NCBI GenBank assembly: GCA_964035545.1
Contig: OZ037769.1
Location: 14,104,633 to 14,168,632 of the forward strand
DNA from: Bugula neritina
Taxonomy: Eukaryota; Animalia; Bryozoa
Direction: 5' to 3'
DNA length: 64,000 nt
Part shown: positions 43,201 through 54,840 of the stretch, piece after piece
Position numbering within the stretch: the stretch's first letter is position 1
How the letters are laid out: the number at the start of each line of letters is the position of its first letter
The notes under the pieces: model-generated
Database searches by the model: none
What the model saw: the letters and a program-made list of their open reading frames with translations, nothing else
Told to the model about the DNA's origin: nothing
Program-made: the position numbers and the translations under genes

Positions 43201-44982
43201 TACAGAAGTGACTCTCCACTCTTTCCAGTTCATTCTAACGAAGTCATCTACCCAAAATCTATCTCATTGATTGCAACTTTAATAAGTTGCTCTCTCTAAA
43301 TTTGAACAATTATTATCTGTGTGATCTTTTATTGTGTAGAAACAGTCTTTTGAAAAAAATAAAATTTGTAATTGTTTTTTTTCAAGTCTTGAAATGTAGG
43401 AGAAACAATTCCTAAACACTATAATTATAATATTGGTTACACCAGCTCTCTGTTTACACAGAACCACACACCAGAGAACATTCACGACGACCTTCAAGAG
43501 TTGATAGCCCGTGATTCCTCGCCTCTGGCTCACCCGATGGACAGGGACACCCCTTACCCCTTCTTTCACACCAACATACCTTCGAAGTTCGGTTCCGTTC
43601 TACCAGGCGGCCCAAAAAAGTTCCACCCGAACCTTGACAAGCGGCTGACTGCCTGTCCCAAAAGTAGCAACGTCAAGTGTCTCTCTTTCAGCACTTCCCT
43701 TCCAGAGAGTCCCGGCATCGATAATGACACCCCTGTAAGTGTACTGTTGCACCCCTGTAAGTGTACTGTTGCACCCCTGTGAGTGTACTGTTGCACCCAT
43801 GTACTGTTACACCCCTGTACTGTTGCACCCCTGTGAGTTTATTTATACACCCCTGTACAGTTACACCCCTGCAAGTGCACTGTTGCACCCCTTTGACTAC
43901 GTTGTTACACCTCTGTAGCGTTGCACCCCTGTAGGCGTATAGTTACACCCCCTGTGGATCTCTTATCATATTACATAAACATGCTGATTTTTTGTTTCCT
44001 CAGAGCAAAGCTTTGGACGGAACTTCTGTGATATTCACTCCGCCGTCCATACTCAAACAGACAGCAATCTCTCCTCTCAATTCTTCTACAGACAGCTCTT
44101 TGGGTTTGAAGGTGAGATTTCCGTCTCTTACCAGCTAATGGCTAGTAACGTTAAACTAGCATCTGTATATTCTGGTGTAATTTCTTAAGTCTTGTTTGAA
44201 GTTGTCTCCTTTCTGTAGAACTACAGAAGTTGTAACTGTCGAATGAATCTAGTTGAAATCTTTTGTTGAAAATTTGATAAGATTTCTCGTAATAAGTCTA
44301 CTAGCTTGTGTTGTCTTGTAGAGTCAGAGAAAGGCTGCAATGAGAATACCGTTTGAAAACATCTCCAACACAGTGAGTGTATAACTTTTACTGAACACAT
44401 CATTGTGATGCAAACAGGCTTCTTATGAGATCGTAGTAGTTATTTTTCGCCTGGCGCTTGATATGGTTACCTATTCGTAGACTTGGTTTAAATGTAAAAT
44501 GCTTCAGCTCCTGTTTGATGTTATTTATTATCACTGCGTAATACTCTGTTCTGTATCACACACACGCACACACACACATACCCACGCACACCCACCCACG
44601 TGCACACACACATGTGTTTGTGTAGTAATAACATTGGTTTGGTCTAGTAACGTGTTGGTTTATTAGGTCTGATATGAGCTTTAATTGATACCTTGATTCA
44701 TATGTTGTACATATGAAGTAATAAACATTTTCCGCTCTGCAGTAATAATGATTACAGTAGTTTTTTATTTTGCCATGTTCATTTTTGTCACACTGCCCCC
44801 TAGTTTCCTTGAGCCCATGACCTCGGGCAAGGTCTAAATATTCACACATCCTTCTGCAGGATGATAAGTTTGCATACAGTAAGATCTCAGTTGGCAAGAC
44901 GGAGGACCAGAAAGAGCTCACTCGGATGGCCAAGGATTGGTTCACCAGTCGGAACTTGAAGCCGAGAGCTTTGATCCTTTAG
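37258..44982 (+). CDS. Myb: Three-repeat (R1R2R3) Myb transcription factor, B-Myb/invertebrate Myb-like, ~654 aa, 12 exons
   Basis: Exons 37258-37283, 37680-37842, 38663-38821, 40082-40185, 40583-40711, 40837-40960, 41654-41801, 42157-42494, 42836-43105, 43462-43734, 44004-44111, 44860-44982; phases consistent. [51 protein letters not shown]; conserved FSPSQF, PRTPTPFK and C-terminal GKTEDQ..PRALIL*. Exon 1 is the least certain (alternative ATG at 37714). Confidence 0.92.
37465..37610 (+). mobile_element. SINE, family A (internally deleted), in Myb intron 1
   Basis: gtgatctatgggttagagc..gggttcaatc..aaaggccattggttatgttaggaa. Confidence 0.7.
38833..39012. repeat. 22-bp minisatellite (ctgtcatataatataatatagt) just after the Myb exon 3 donor
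   Basis: Units at 38855, 38877, 38899, 38921, 38943. Confidence 0.9.
39293..39339 (+). ncRNA. Minimal type I hammerhead ribozyme in Myb intron 3 (sense strand)
   Basis: Stem I tctgtg/cacaga; core CTGATGA; stem II gggg-acaaa-tccc; GAAA; stem III cag-ctg-ctg; cleavage triplet GTC (cut after 39333). Lies in a ~98-bp insert (39247-39344) flanked by (TA)n. Confidence 0.85.
40735..40815. repeat. 22-bp minisatellite (ctctagatctcactgtgggtat) x~4 in short Myb intron 5
   Basis: Units at 40735, 40757, 40779, 40801. Confidence 0.9.
41420..41602 (-). mobile_element. tRNA-derived SINE, family A
   Basis: Reverse complement of family A, ending ctcctagaccacggctgctccc. Confidence 0.85.
43727..43955. repeat. 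22-bp minisatellite (gtaagtgtactgttgcacccct) seeded on the Myb exon 10 donor
   Basis: cacccct|GTAAGT at 43735 and 43757, cacccct|GTGAGT at 43779, then decaying copies. Confidence 0.92.
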
Positions 44983-47129
44983 CTGTGTAAGTTTACTCTG
45001 GTTGGTGAAAGTTGAGTCCGTGATACTTATACACAACATGTTTGTTTAATAAGGTTTGCTATCCTCCCCCCTAATAAAAATAATCATTGAAAATAGTTGG
45101 GTATTCAGAAGTGTGTCTTTTGGCGTTACCAGCAAAACTTGTTGTAGGAATTACTTTTAGTTTGTTAACTTTAGCGCATTCAGCCACATTTTTGCTCTTG
45201 AAAACTAACTAACCAGGAATGCACAACTCCTCTGTGTTCAAATTGACATTTTTTGTGGTAATTAATTTTTTAGTGAGAAATTTAGTAGTTCAGGCTCCTT
45301 TTTAACAACCAAACACATGATGTAATCACAGTATAACTTGATAATATTTGTACCGCTACTATGATTGGTCGAATGTTGGCAAGTTTATTTACTCTGCAAA
45401 TTATGGAGTTTTCTTTTTTTTATAACTGATACATGCAGTTGATGTCAGCAGCTCAATAAAAATATCTAATAGTTGGTTTGTTTCAGAAGTTTATACAGGT
45501 GTTTGCTGGAGCACCTGCTGACAGTCCCTGTTGGCAGGTGCTCCGGTGTTGATCAATTTATACATCAATTCAGTTACTCTGTTTTTGTTGTAGAATTGTG
45601 ATTCCAACAGCATTAGAAGTGCTGCTTCTCTCTGCTGGAATAAATTCCGTTGTGTAAAATGATGACAAGCAATGTCTGTTTTATGTTTTAGTATATCATT
45701 GTGATAATATATTGTTTTATTTATTTCATGCTGCACCTCATGTTTTCAGTGATTATTTTTTAGTTTTTCATTGCGAAGGTGTTATAATTTATAATTACAC
45801 ATTTTCTATGATTTTTACTCTGAGCCGAGTAGCTCTTAATTGTGAAGATTTTTAATTGTATTATTTATTATTATTCCTTCGTGAGTAAATGAGGAGATGC
45901 TTCAACTTTACTGCAATAATCAGCTAAACTGGGAGACATAGTATGTTCACTCATTTTACGCATCGAAAAATTCTTTCGTTCATTTTAAAATAAATGTATA
46001 TAGAAATGAAAAATCTTATAGCTGTTGATTAGCTTATCATTACTTTGCTTTAACTCAAACTACATCTTATTATATGTCAGCTGTAGAGGTTAATAGGATA
46101 TAATTACAATTTACAGTTACCTAATGATTAGGCAGAAATCATGAAAATTGTGTAAAAATTGTACAAGAGATGTAAATTATTAGCGAAGGTAAAATACATT
46201 ATGTAACCCAAAAATGGGTGATGTCACAAGGTTGTAGTTCAAAACGCAGTAATATGAACCATGGGTATTAGTTTGTAGTTGGAAAGCACATAGATGTCGC
46301 TATACCGTTCTAATATTTTGAATTATATTAGAACAATAATTGGCTAAGACCTAGCTGTTGCTGTAACTCATTTTGATTATGTGGTAATAAAATGTTACAT
46401 TTTCCTAAGAATGAATCGAGAGCACAACTTGTCATTAAAATAACATCCTGCAAAAATACCAAAAATGTCAATTTTTGCTATATGTAATGTATTAGCAAAA
46501 GTAGAAATTGAAATAAAGCACCATAAATTGAATCTTTCTGGAGCATGCAATAAAAATCACAAAATATAATTATCTACACAGCATAAAAGTTATATAGGTT
46601 ATATAAATCAAGATTTTAGACATATGCCTATACATGTATATCAATAAACTAAATATAAATGTATCCATAATTGTCACCCTGATGCATTCTAAACTAACAG
46701 TTTGGGTGTAAAAATACAAGTAAATAACCGCCCACAGTCTCATAAAATTGTTTAAGGGCCAACTCAAAATTGATAACCTGCTGAGTTATACTTAAGTAGA
46801 GTTGAATTTGAGGAATTATACTTAAGTAGAGTTGGAGCTTGTAGAATTACAATTGTGTAAGGCTGATCGAGTTACCCATGGACTGAATATTTAATTTTGT
46901 TTTACAAACTTTTATCAAATCACTGAGCATATTTCTGATCTACTTGAATAATTTTCTTTCATTTTAATCAACATGTGCAATTTTATGTCACTGGAGGTGA
47001 TTGGAAGAGAGATTGTAAACTTGATCTTCATTGGCTGCAAGAACTTGACAAAGATGGGAATAATAAATATTTTGTGTTTTTTCACATATGACATTGTCTG
47101 TAGTTGTTCCGTGAAAAACATTTCTTTTA

Positions 47130-48850
47130 CCGTAAAATGGGGTAACATTGGCCGTTTTGAGACTTATTTTGGGTGTCATATGAAAGGATTACAATATTCT
47201 TTAAAATTTTTGGATGCTAAATGAAGCTTATCAACATATGCACTAAATGAAAGAACCATTTGCAGTTTGGGACTGCTAGATCTCCTGTGGTATTAAAAAA
47301 AGTAGGTGGCCAAAGTTACCCTATTTTCGGGGTAACTTTGGCCGGTGTCGTTATTCTCCATGTAGCTAAAGTTAGCAGCACTTGGAGCTTTTTTAGCCAG
47401 TTAGAAATTAAAGAACAACATTATTCAACTTCATTACTACAAAAAAAAAATTATTTTAGACAAAATGCAAGCTATAATAGTGTAATTATTGCATTGAAAC
47501 CACAGCTATTCGAGGTACATTGTTAATAAGTGTAAAAACTTTTGTATATGTATAAAAAATCATGTATTTTGCTGGCAACATTGAATAAATCACTGTACAA
47601 GTTCAAATTCCATTGAATTTAATCTTAAATTCAAGTATGCCCTTTCAAACTATAGGCTGTGGCAGTTGTCTGTAGATTTTTTAAATAATGCGTAATGTCT
47701 TCAGAATTAACTGTTGCCCATTCCGGTGCTATGTTTTGGCACAACCTGTGAGACAAGCTATCTTTATGTCTTGACATAAAACTGAGACTCCAGAGATCTT
47801 GAGGGTAGTTGCTTTTGAAATGTTGCACTCTTCTTTCACATTTGTCAAAATAGGTCTTGACTATTATTCGAAAGTCTGTTTTATCTAATGGAAAGCCCCA
47901 TTGAGCCAGCTTTGTAGTAGGTATGGTCAACAATGGCTACCTCCTCTACTTGTGATAACACAGTTTGGTGTCCAGGCTTCAGCTTGTGTCTTCATGCGGC
48001 TCTGTTTTGTAGTGTTCCTTTGGTAATATCATATTTCTAGCCACTTCTTGTCAAGACTTTCCAGCTGTCAATTCTTGTGAATAAAGCAAAACCAATGATC
48101 TCCTCAGATATACCATATCTTGGAGATGTTACTTTTCTTTAATATTTTCTGAGTATAATTGTCTTGAAAAATACATTTTACAATGCATGGTCAAATTATT
48201 ATATAAAAAAAAACATTTTAAACACAAAATTGCTGTCTGGGAACAAAAATGCATAATTCCCCATGTAATTATTTCATATTTCGGACTCTAAGTTGTTTCA
48301 AATATATAACTAAAGCATTGGGTATAGGTAAATCAAATGATTGTGCCTTTAGAGAGTAATGTACTATGTGTCTGAAGTAACAAAAAATTCGCAGCGCTGC
48401 CAGAAACCTACTTTGGAGTACCATTTAGTCATGGCCAAAGTTACCCCAAATTCGTCAAAAATTGTACACAGTGAATTCAAGACACATATTTTGATTTTGG
48501 ATTTCAATTTATTTACCTAAATTACAAATATCCTGGTTAAAAACTTACCAAAGTTCTTTAATACAAAAAAGAAAATGAGTCCAGCTTTTCTAATGCCTTC
48601 AAATAGATTAAAGTTGGACAGCGCTGAAAATCTTGTTGTCAAACAGGAAACTGAAAATGGCTGACAGCAAGAAGCAGCAAATAAGTATATCAATTATTTT
48701 TCAGGAATAGGATGCACCAATCTACAGTCAGTGCATATATACAATTAAAATATCTTTAGACTCCATAGATATAGCACCAGCTACATTTTAAACATTTTTT
48801 CCAAAGTGGCCAAAGTTACCCCAAGTGGCTAAAGTTACCCCATTTTACGG
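47130..48850 (-). mobile_element. Non-autonomous pogo/Tigger-like (Tc1/mariner superfamily) DNA transposon, 1721 bp
   Basis: TIRs ccgtaaaatggggtaac / gttaccccattttacgg; TA TSD (47128-9, 48851-2); subterminal ggccaaagttacccc repeats; degenerate CENP-B-type HTH fragment 47631..47933 (WGFPLD..W..F..RH..LS.R.CQNI); no DDE domain seen; empty site in paralog near 59947. Confidence 0.9.
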
Positions 48851-48913
48851 TATCTGTAAAGAGACTTTCTGTACAAGCTCCAATTCTTAGTTGTTTTGTC
48901 CGTTAGTTATAGC

Positions 48914-51900
48914 CTACTGACCACGCCTATTTAGTCGGTGGTTCCTTATTGCAACCGGGACGAGTATCACACTGCCCAACATTCCTAAGCATCCCGCAAA
49001 CACTAATGCATATTTCTCCTCAGTTAGCACCCCAATAAATGCTACAAAATAAAATATATGTGTAAATATTATATCATTATATTATATAGGTAGTAGAACA
49101 TGTTATAAAAGCATTTTGTTGTTTGAAGCATAATACTTATACTAAACACAAGTTATGGTACATAGCAAAATGGCATGAATAGAAAACTCCTACAATAATC
49201 AGAGAAGTATGTGCAGCAATAGGAAAAATTGGAAAGCCCTAGCTTTAAAGCAACAATATAACAGAAGAAATTATTTTTACCCTACATTTTTAACTTGAAC
49301 CCGAACATGCATCAAAGTAATTAAATTATTTAGGCTATTCAAATGTTTAATCTTACCCCGGCTGAATTATCAACCACAGGCTGTAAAATTTTAAATACTT
49401 TAGATTTATTAATTTTCTTGTATGCTATATAAATTACAAACATAATATGCTCTTCACCAGAGCTCACGAGGCATATTTCTAACTTGTCTAGCCAAAGTTT
49501 AGTCAAGTTATTTAAAATTGCTTAAAAATGAAAAAGTTGGTGAAATCCAAGCAGTGCAATGAATAAATTGAGCTCAATCAGTAAATGTGAATCGACTTGA
49601 AAAGTTTTCCATGTGTGCATAAACCAGAGAGATCCAGTTTGAAATGTTTGCAAATTAATATTAATTTGCATAAAAATAAGCTGTAATTGAGCCAAAACTG
49701 ATTAAATGATAAATGTTCGAACGTTACAGTTACATCACCCACTTAATTTTTCTCCTGGCACTAAAATGACAGTTGAGTGTCCAATTAAGTTTGAATAATC
49801 TACCTGAATACACTTTTTATATCCTTATTATACAAAAAATTTATATTGATGGTTTTAGCAACTTCATCACAAGAATGTTAGCCACTCAATTGCCAAGTAT
49901 TCCCGTTGGCATGACTTGAACTCTGCTCTAATGCCTCGTGATTTAGGAACTATTGCACGTTTAGTCAGACATAAAACTTGCGCCTTCATGGTACCATGCA
50001 TTTAATAGACTAGCAGAAATTAAGGACACCTTAGTAACTGCAACATGAAATAAACCCGGCAATGAAGTATGGGACTCTCAACACCCACCCATCTTTTATT
50101 AGATTTTATTCTTGTGGTGCAGTTGCAAAATTGTAAGTTGGCGATGAAAGTTTTGAAATGCCTTGATGTGCAAAACTTTGCAGAAAAAGAAATTTAAAAA
50201 ATTTCATTTTTCACAACTTTATGAAAGATAATTTTTTATGCTTTAGATTGAAAATATTGAAACTATTGAGATTAAAAGTTACTTGCTAGTGGAGTCAAGG
50301 CCATACTGCCAAATGCCTCAAAGAACAGCTCCACTCCAAAAAGCACCGCCAGAAGGTGTTGCTCACAGAAAGAGTTTACTGCGGAGACGAGATTAGCAAG
50401 GGAGGCTCCTTGAAAGATGCCCCAGAGAGCTACACACATGTAGTAAGTCATCTACAATATATAAACAAAAGTGCTGCCCGCTTTCCATTCTTATAAACTT
50501 TAATTTTTATGAGTTTCGGGTTATATTAAAATTAGGTATATATAAACATGTTTTAGTATTTTTTATTCTAATCTTTTTATCCACTCATTGAAAAAGAACG
50601 ATCATTTTGTTTCTATTTTAGGAAACTTTAAATTCTAAGTATGCAAATATCCTATTTTGGTTGCTATAGTCTACTAGAAATTAAGATTCTAAATATTGGG
50701 TATAGAGAGTTTTGATTAACGGGATTTCACTGCATTGATAACACAATTCCAGATGCTAAATTTGACATAGTGATTGACCAGCTCAAAAAGTCTTAATCAA
50801 TGCTTATCACGTAATGAATCATTCAACTCTCTTTTTATATAATAGATATTAGCTGATATATGGCACTCATACAATTTCAAAAGTTGTATTTTATTGCAAA
50901 GTAGTAGTTATTTTATGAATTTTAATAGCTATAGTAATTTAGCCTAAATTACGAACCTTGTTTTCTGCAAAAATAATAAAAATGGTGACTAGGCTGTATC
51001 CTGCGATGGCAGCGATGTGAAGCAACAGTCTGTCATATTTTAAAAAGCTGGTGGCAGCCACGACAATACCTGCTGCTAACCTTGCCAACCCTGTACAACA
51101 TACATGTGTAGTGTAGAGATTACCTAGTAGCCCCTGTGGTGGGATGGTTACATCTCACTTTTTCATCAACCCTGCACATGGGTCATTTAGTACACACTAT
51201 AATATATTATATCTCTGATTTTTAGCTATTTTTTACAGCTTAACAGCTAATGTATACATCAAATTCCTTGCAATAAACTGATGAAATATTAACAAATACA
51301 GCTGAATATAATCAAGACTTTTTAATTTTGCTTGATTGTCTATGTTTTTTTCCTGATTTTTTTAGTCTATTTAGGTGTGCAGCCTGCATACATAAATTTA
51401 TAAAAAATATATACACATTAGTGGCTTAATTTTTGAAAACAGCCACAAACTGAATTGAGTAAAATGACCCATTATAGCTATGTCTCAAAACTATGCTTTA
51501 AAATTTTTTAATATAAGTATACTGGATAAAAATATATTCTAAAATTCAAACTAGTCAATTGATTGATATATTTTTAAATAGATTATAATGAGGGTGAAAT
51601 TTCTAAAGTTTATACTTTACTGCTGTTATTGTAGACACACTCTCTGTAAAGTATTTAAATATTGAGTATTACTTAAGGCTAATAAAACAAGATAGTTCTT
51701 AATAAAATCACAGGCTGTTGGTTATATATTCACAAAATAAAAATTCAAAACCAAATTCATTTATAAAAATTGCTGTATAGGAAACTACTTGCCAGGTAAC
51801 ACGAGAGCCTTTGTGATTGTAAAATGTAAATGATAAGTATATTACCTGATATAGTCACTCCAAAAGCCACTTCATCACCATTCATGTTTGTCTTTTTTAG

Positions 51901-54840
51901 CATATAATCATTGATCAATACATAAAACACTGTGTTGTTTGCATTCCACAGCATAGCATTGATAAGCAAGGCCCAAATCTATCCAAAAAAACATTTTTAT
52001 ATTTTGATAGCAATTTTTGTAAGCGCAATACATCTATAAATAGTTCTGCTTATTCACCTACTCACTCACTCACCAACCCACCCACTCACTCACTCACTCA
52101 CTCACTCACTCACTCACTCACTCACTCACTCACTCACTCACTCACTCACTCACTCACTCACTCACTCACTCACTCTCTCTCTCCCTCTCTCTCTCTCTCT
52201 CTAATTAACTGATTTACACGTTCATCTTGCAACAACTTACCTTTATATCTCTAAATAAGACCTTGAATGTGTCTTTAAGCGAGATGGATTGCTTTTCCTT
52301 CATATCTCTGTCCTCCAAAATATTTGCTTTAGAACTGCATTTTATTTCAACCTAAAGTTATTTTTTTGAAGTTCAGGCATTTTTTCAAACAATTTCTATA
52401 CACCACGTGCAGTACTACATGTAGTTTTCTAACTATATGAAAATTACTACTAAGAACACTACATACAGTTTTCTAACTATATAAAAACTACTACTAAAAA
52501 AACTGGATGTAGTTTTCTTCAACATCTCTAATAATTATTAGATGCATTTTAAAGCAAAAGCAAATAAAATAACTTGAGAAAAAGCCTGTACTTAATTGAT
52601 CGCTATAGTATGCCACTATATACCACTAATTGCCACTATAATATCAGTATGATAGAAATATGATATACCAATAACAATTTCTTTCAATAAACATTGAGTG
52701 AAGCTTTTTTTATGTTGTGCTCAAATAAAGCTGAAAGCTTATTATCATATAATTCATTGTATGTAGTAAAGTGTTTTATGCCTCTTTAATGTTGTGTTTC
52801 ACTTCCTCAATCGTCTGCTCTTCATCTCCACCACCATCTTTGCATCGGTCAGCTGATTCTTCACCAATGCTATCGTCACCCACAGAAACCTTGTCATCAC
52901 TTACATCTGACTCCGAGTCTATTTTCTGGTCTACATTGATTGATATATACCAGCTTATTACGTAATATATGCAGCAGAAGTTCAACCCAACTCCCACTCA
53001 CAAACAGGCCAAAGTATATAGAATATAATGAGGTTTATAGAACTGATAGATTAGTGACTAAACTTGATATGATTGGCTGATTACAATGAATGCCATGGAA
53101 GCAATCGGATTATCTGCCAGCTGGTAGGGCTTGGCTATTGGCTATTAGATAAAAAGTATAGAACCAGCAGCCAAATACATTGAACTTGCATATTCAAAGC
53201 TACAGGTACTCTGATAATGTTTTTACAAATATGAGCAGCAATTAGTTATTGGTCTATACTGTCTATGTTCAGTTCTTTGAAGAGAGAGCCTTTGAATTTT
53301 AATGAGCTTAGGCAGGTATTAGAACAACTTCATTCTTACCTTCTGTCTTATCCTCCTGATCATTTGGAGGAATGTAGAAAACACCGGCAATGATGTGGAT
53401 AAAATGTGGAAAACTCATAAACAACATAGCTTTAGAGTAGCCATATTTATCCAACAGAAACTGGGATCCCATTGGCCAAATACTTTTGCCAATAAAGTTG
53501 CCGATTACAGCCAGTGAAAATGCCAAATGCTTTCTTTTCTCAAAGTGTTGGGAGAGAATTTCAGCACTTGCTACGTAACCAAACGATAGTCCAGTGGCTG
53601 CAAATAACATCTTGAAAGTGTAAGAAATTGTTGAATAAAGTATACAATTTACCTACTTTGCTCATTATGCTTTTATATTTTGTAAATAATATTCAAAACA
53701 TGATTTTTACCTTTCTTTCACGTATCTTCACCAGAATATTATAATATATAGTGATAAAAGTATATTATTTTGAGTTTTGTGCAAATAGCCTTCTCATATG
53801 TCAATGAACAAAGAAAGGGTAAGTATTTTATTTGTTTGCTTTTTTGTAGAATCAAATTAGGTTTTATTTGATAATAGTAGCATTCCAGCTATTCAACATA
53901 CTTGTGTAAAACTATTTCAGCAAATCTGTTTTGTTGCAAAGCACAGGGTTAGTTGCTGACACTGTAATCTTGAAATGGATGAAGCAAAACAAAGCTAAAT
54001 TTTATTTTTCTAAAACATAAACGTGTCTGAGTAGACATCATTGTTAGTTTTGACACAGTTACATGATATAAATTAGGCCGTTTTTATTTATTTTGAGCTA
54101 CATTAGATTTATAATTGTATAGTTCTCACCAGTCAATACACTGAATAAAATGTACACGTGCCATACTTGTGTAGAAAAGTACGATAGACCAACTCCCAAC
54201 ACCATTAGAATTCCAGCTAGAGTTTGTGTGAATCTGCTACCCAACTTCTTTATCAGAATTGAACCCAGGAGTCCTGCAATTTTATAGTAACAATTTATAG
54301 GAGCAGAAGAAAACAATATAGGGGTTAATTGCCTTACTTTCGTCAACTTTATACACGATAGAAATTTCAACTGGTAAAAAAAGATTGCATACAAGTATAT
54401 GACGTATGATATACGTAAGAGAGAATTATAGTTTGATTCAAGTTAAATTATAGTGCTAAAAATAATAAAAATAACGCAGCTTGGACACAAATTTTAAAAG
54501 AATAAATAAATGACTCTTTTTTCTTCAATTTATTGTCATCTGTCCAATAATGTTTTATAGCAAAAACATAAAGCAATAAAAAATTAAAGTAAAATAATAT
54601 TATCAAATAATACACACCCAACATAAACATCAGGCCTGTATGCACAGAGCATATTAGACTACTGGCTTGAAGGTCAATGCCAAAGTAACTTTGCTGAGCT
54701 ACGGTGAGATTTCCAACCACAGAAGTAGAAAAGCCTTGACAAGCCATGTGGGAGAGAAAGGACATGAAAAGTACAACCCACGCATATCCTCTGTCTTTTT
54801 GACGCTTTAGTGTGCAGCAGTGGAGCTTCATGTCCAACAT
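48914..54840 (-). CDS. Monocarboxylate transporter-like MFS protein (SLC16 family), copy A, ~482 aa, 9 exons
   Basis: Exons 54840-54618, 54273-54130, 53597-53340, 52930-52782 (GC donor; uncertain), 52351-52241, 51978-51846, 51090-50957, 50451-50283, 49041-48914. SLC16 motifs DRGYAWVVLF, LGSR, HFEKRKHLAFSL; acidic central loop; hydrophobic TM segments. Confidence 0.85.
51178..51472. mobile_element. MITE related to 14212..14644 (TIR atgggtcattt..aaatgacccat)
   Basis: Terminal inverted repeats plus shared tttttagctatttt body. Confidence 0.65.
52058..52202. repeat. (TCAC)n/(TC)n microsatellite
   Basis: Read directly; the paralogous position (63275-63470) is mostly (TC)n. Confidence 0.95.

Larger units (their letters stand above)
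46000..52830. repeat. Segmental tandem duplication, copy A (paralogous to 59025..64000)
   Basis: Co-linear similarity across exons, introns and 3' flank starting at tatagaaatgaaaaa(t/c)cttatagctgttgattagc (~46000 and ~59025); copy B runs off the window. Confidence 0.9.

Noticed and set aside
51621-51643. 23-nt AG..GT segment as an extra MCT micro-exon
   Set aside because: Phase-incompatible with the next exon, and the paralogous copy has a 2-nt insertion.
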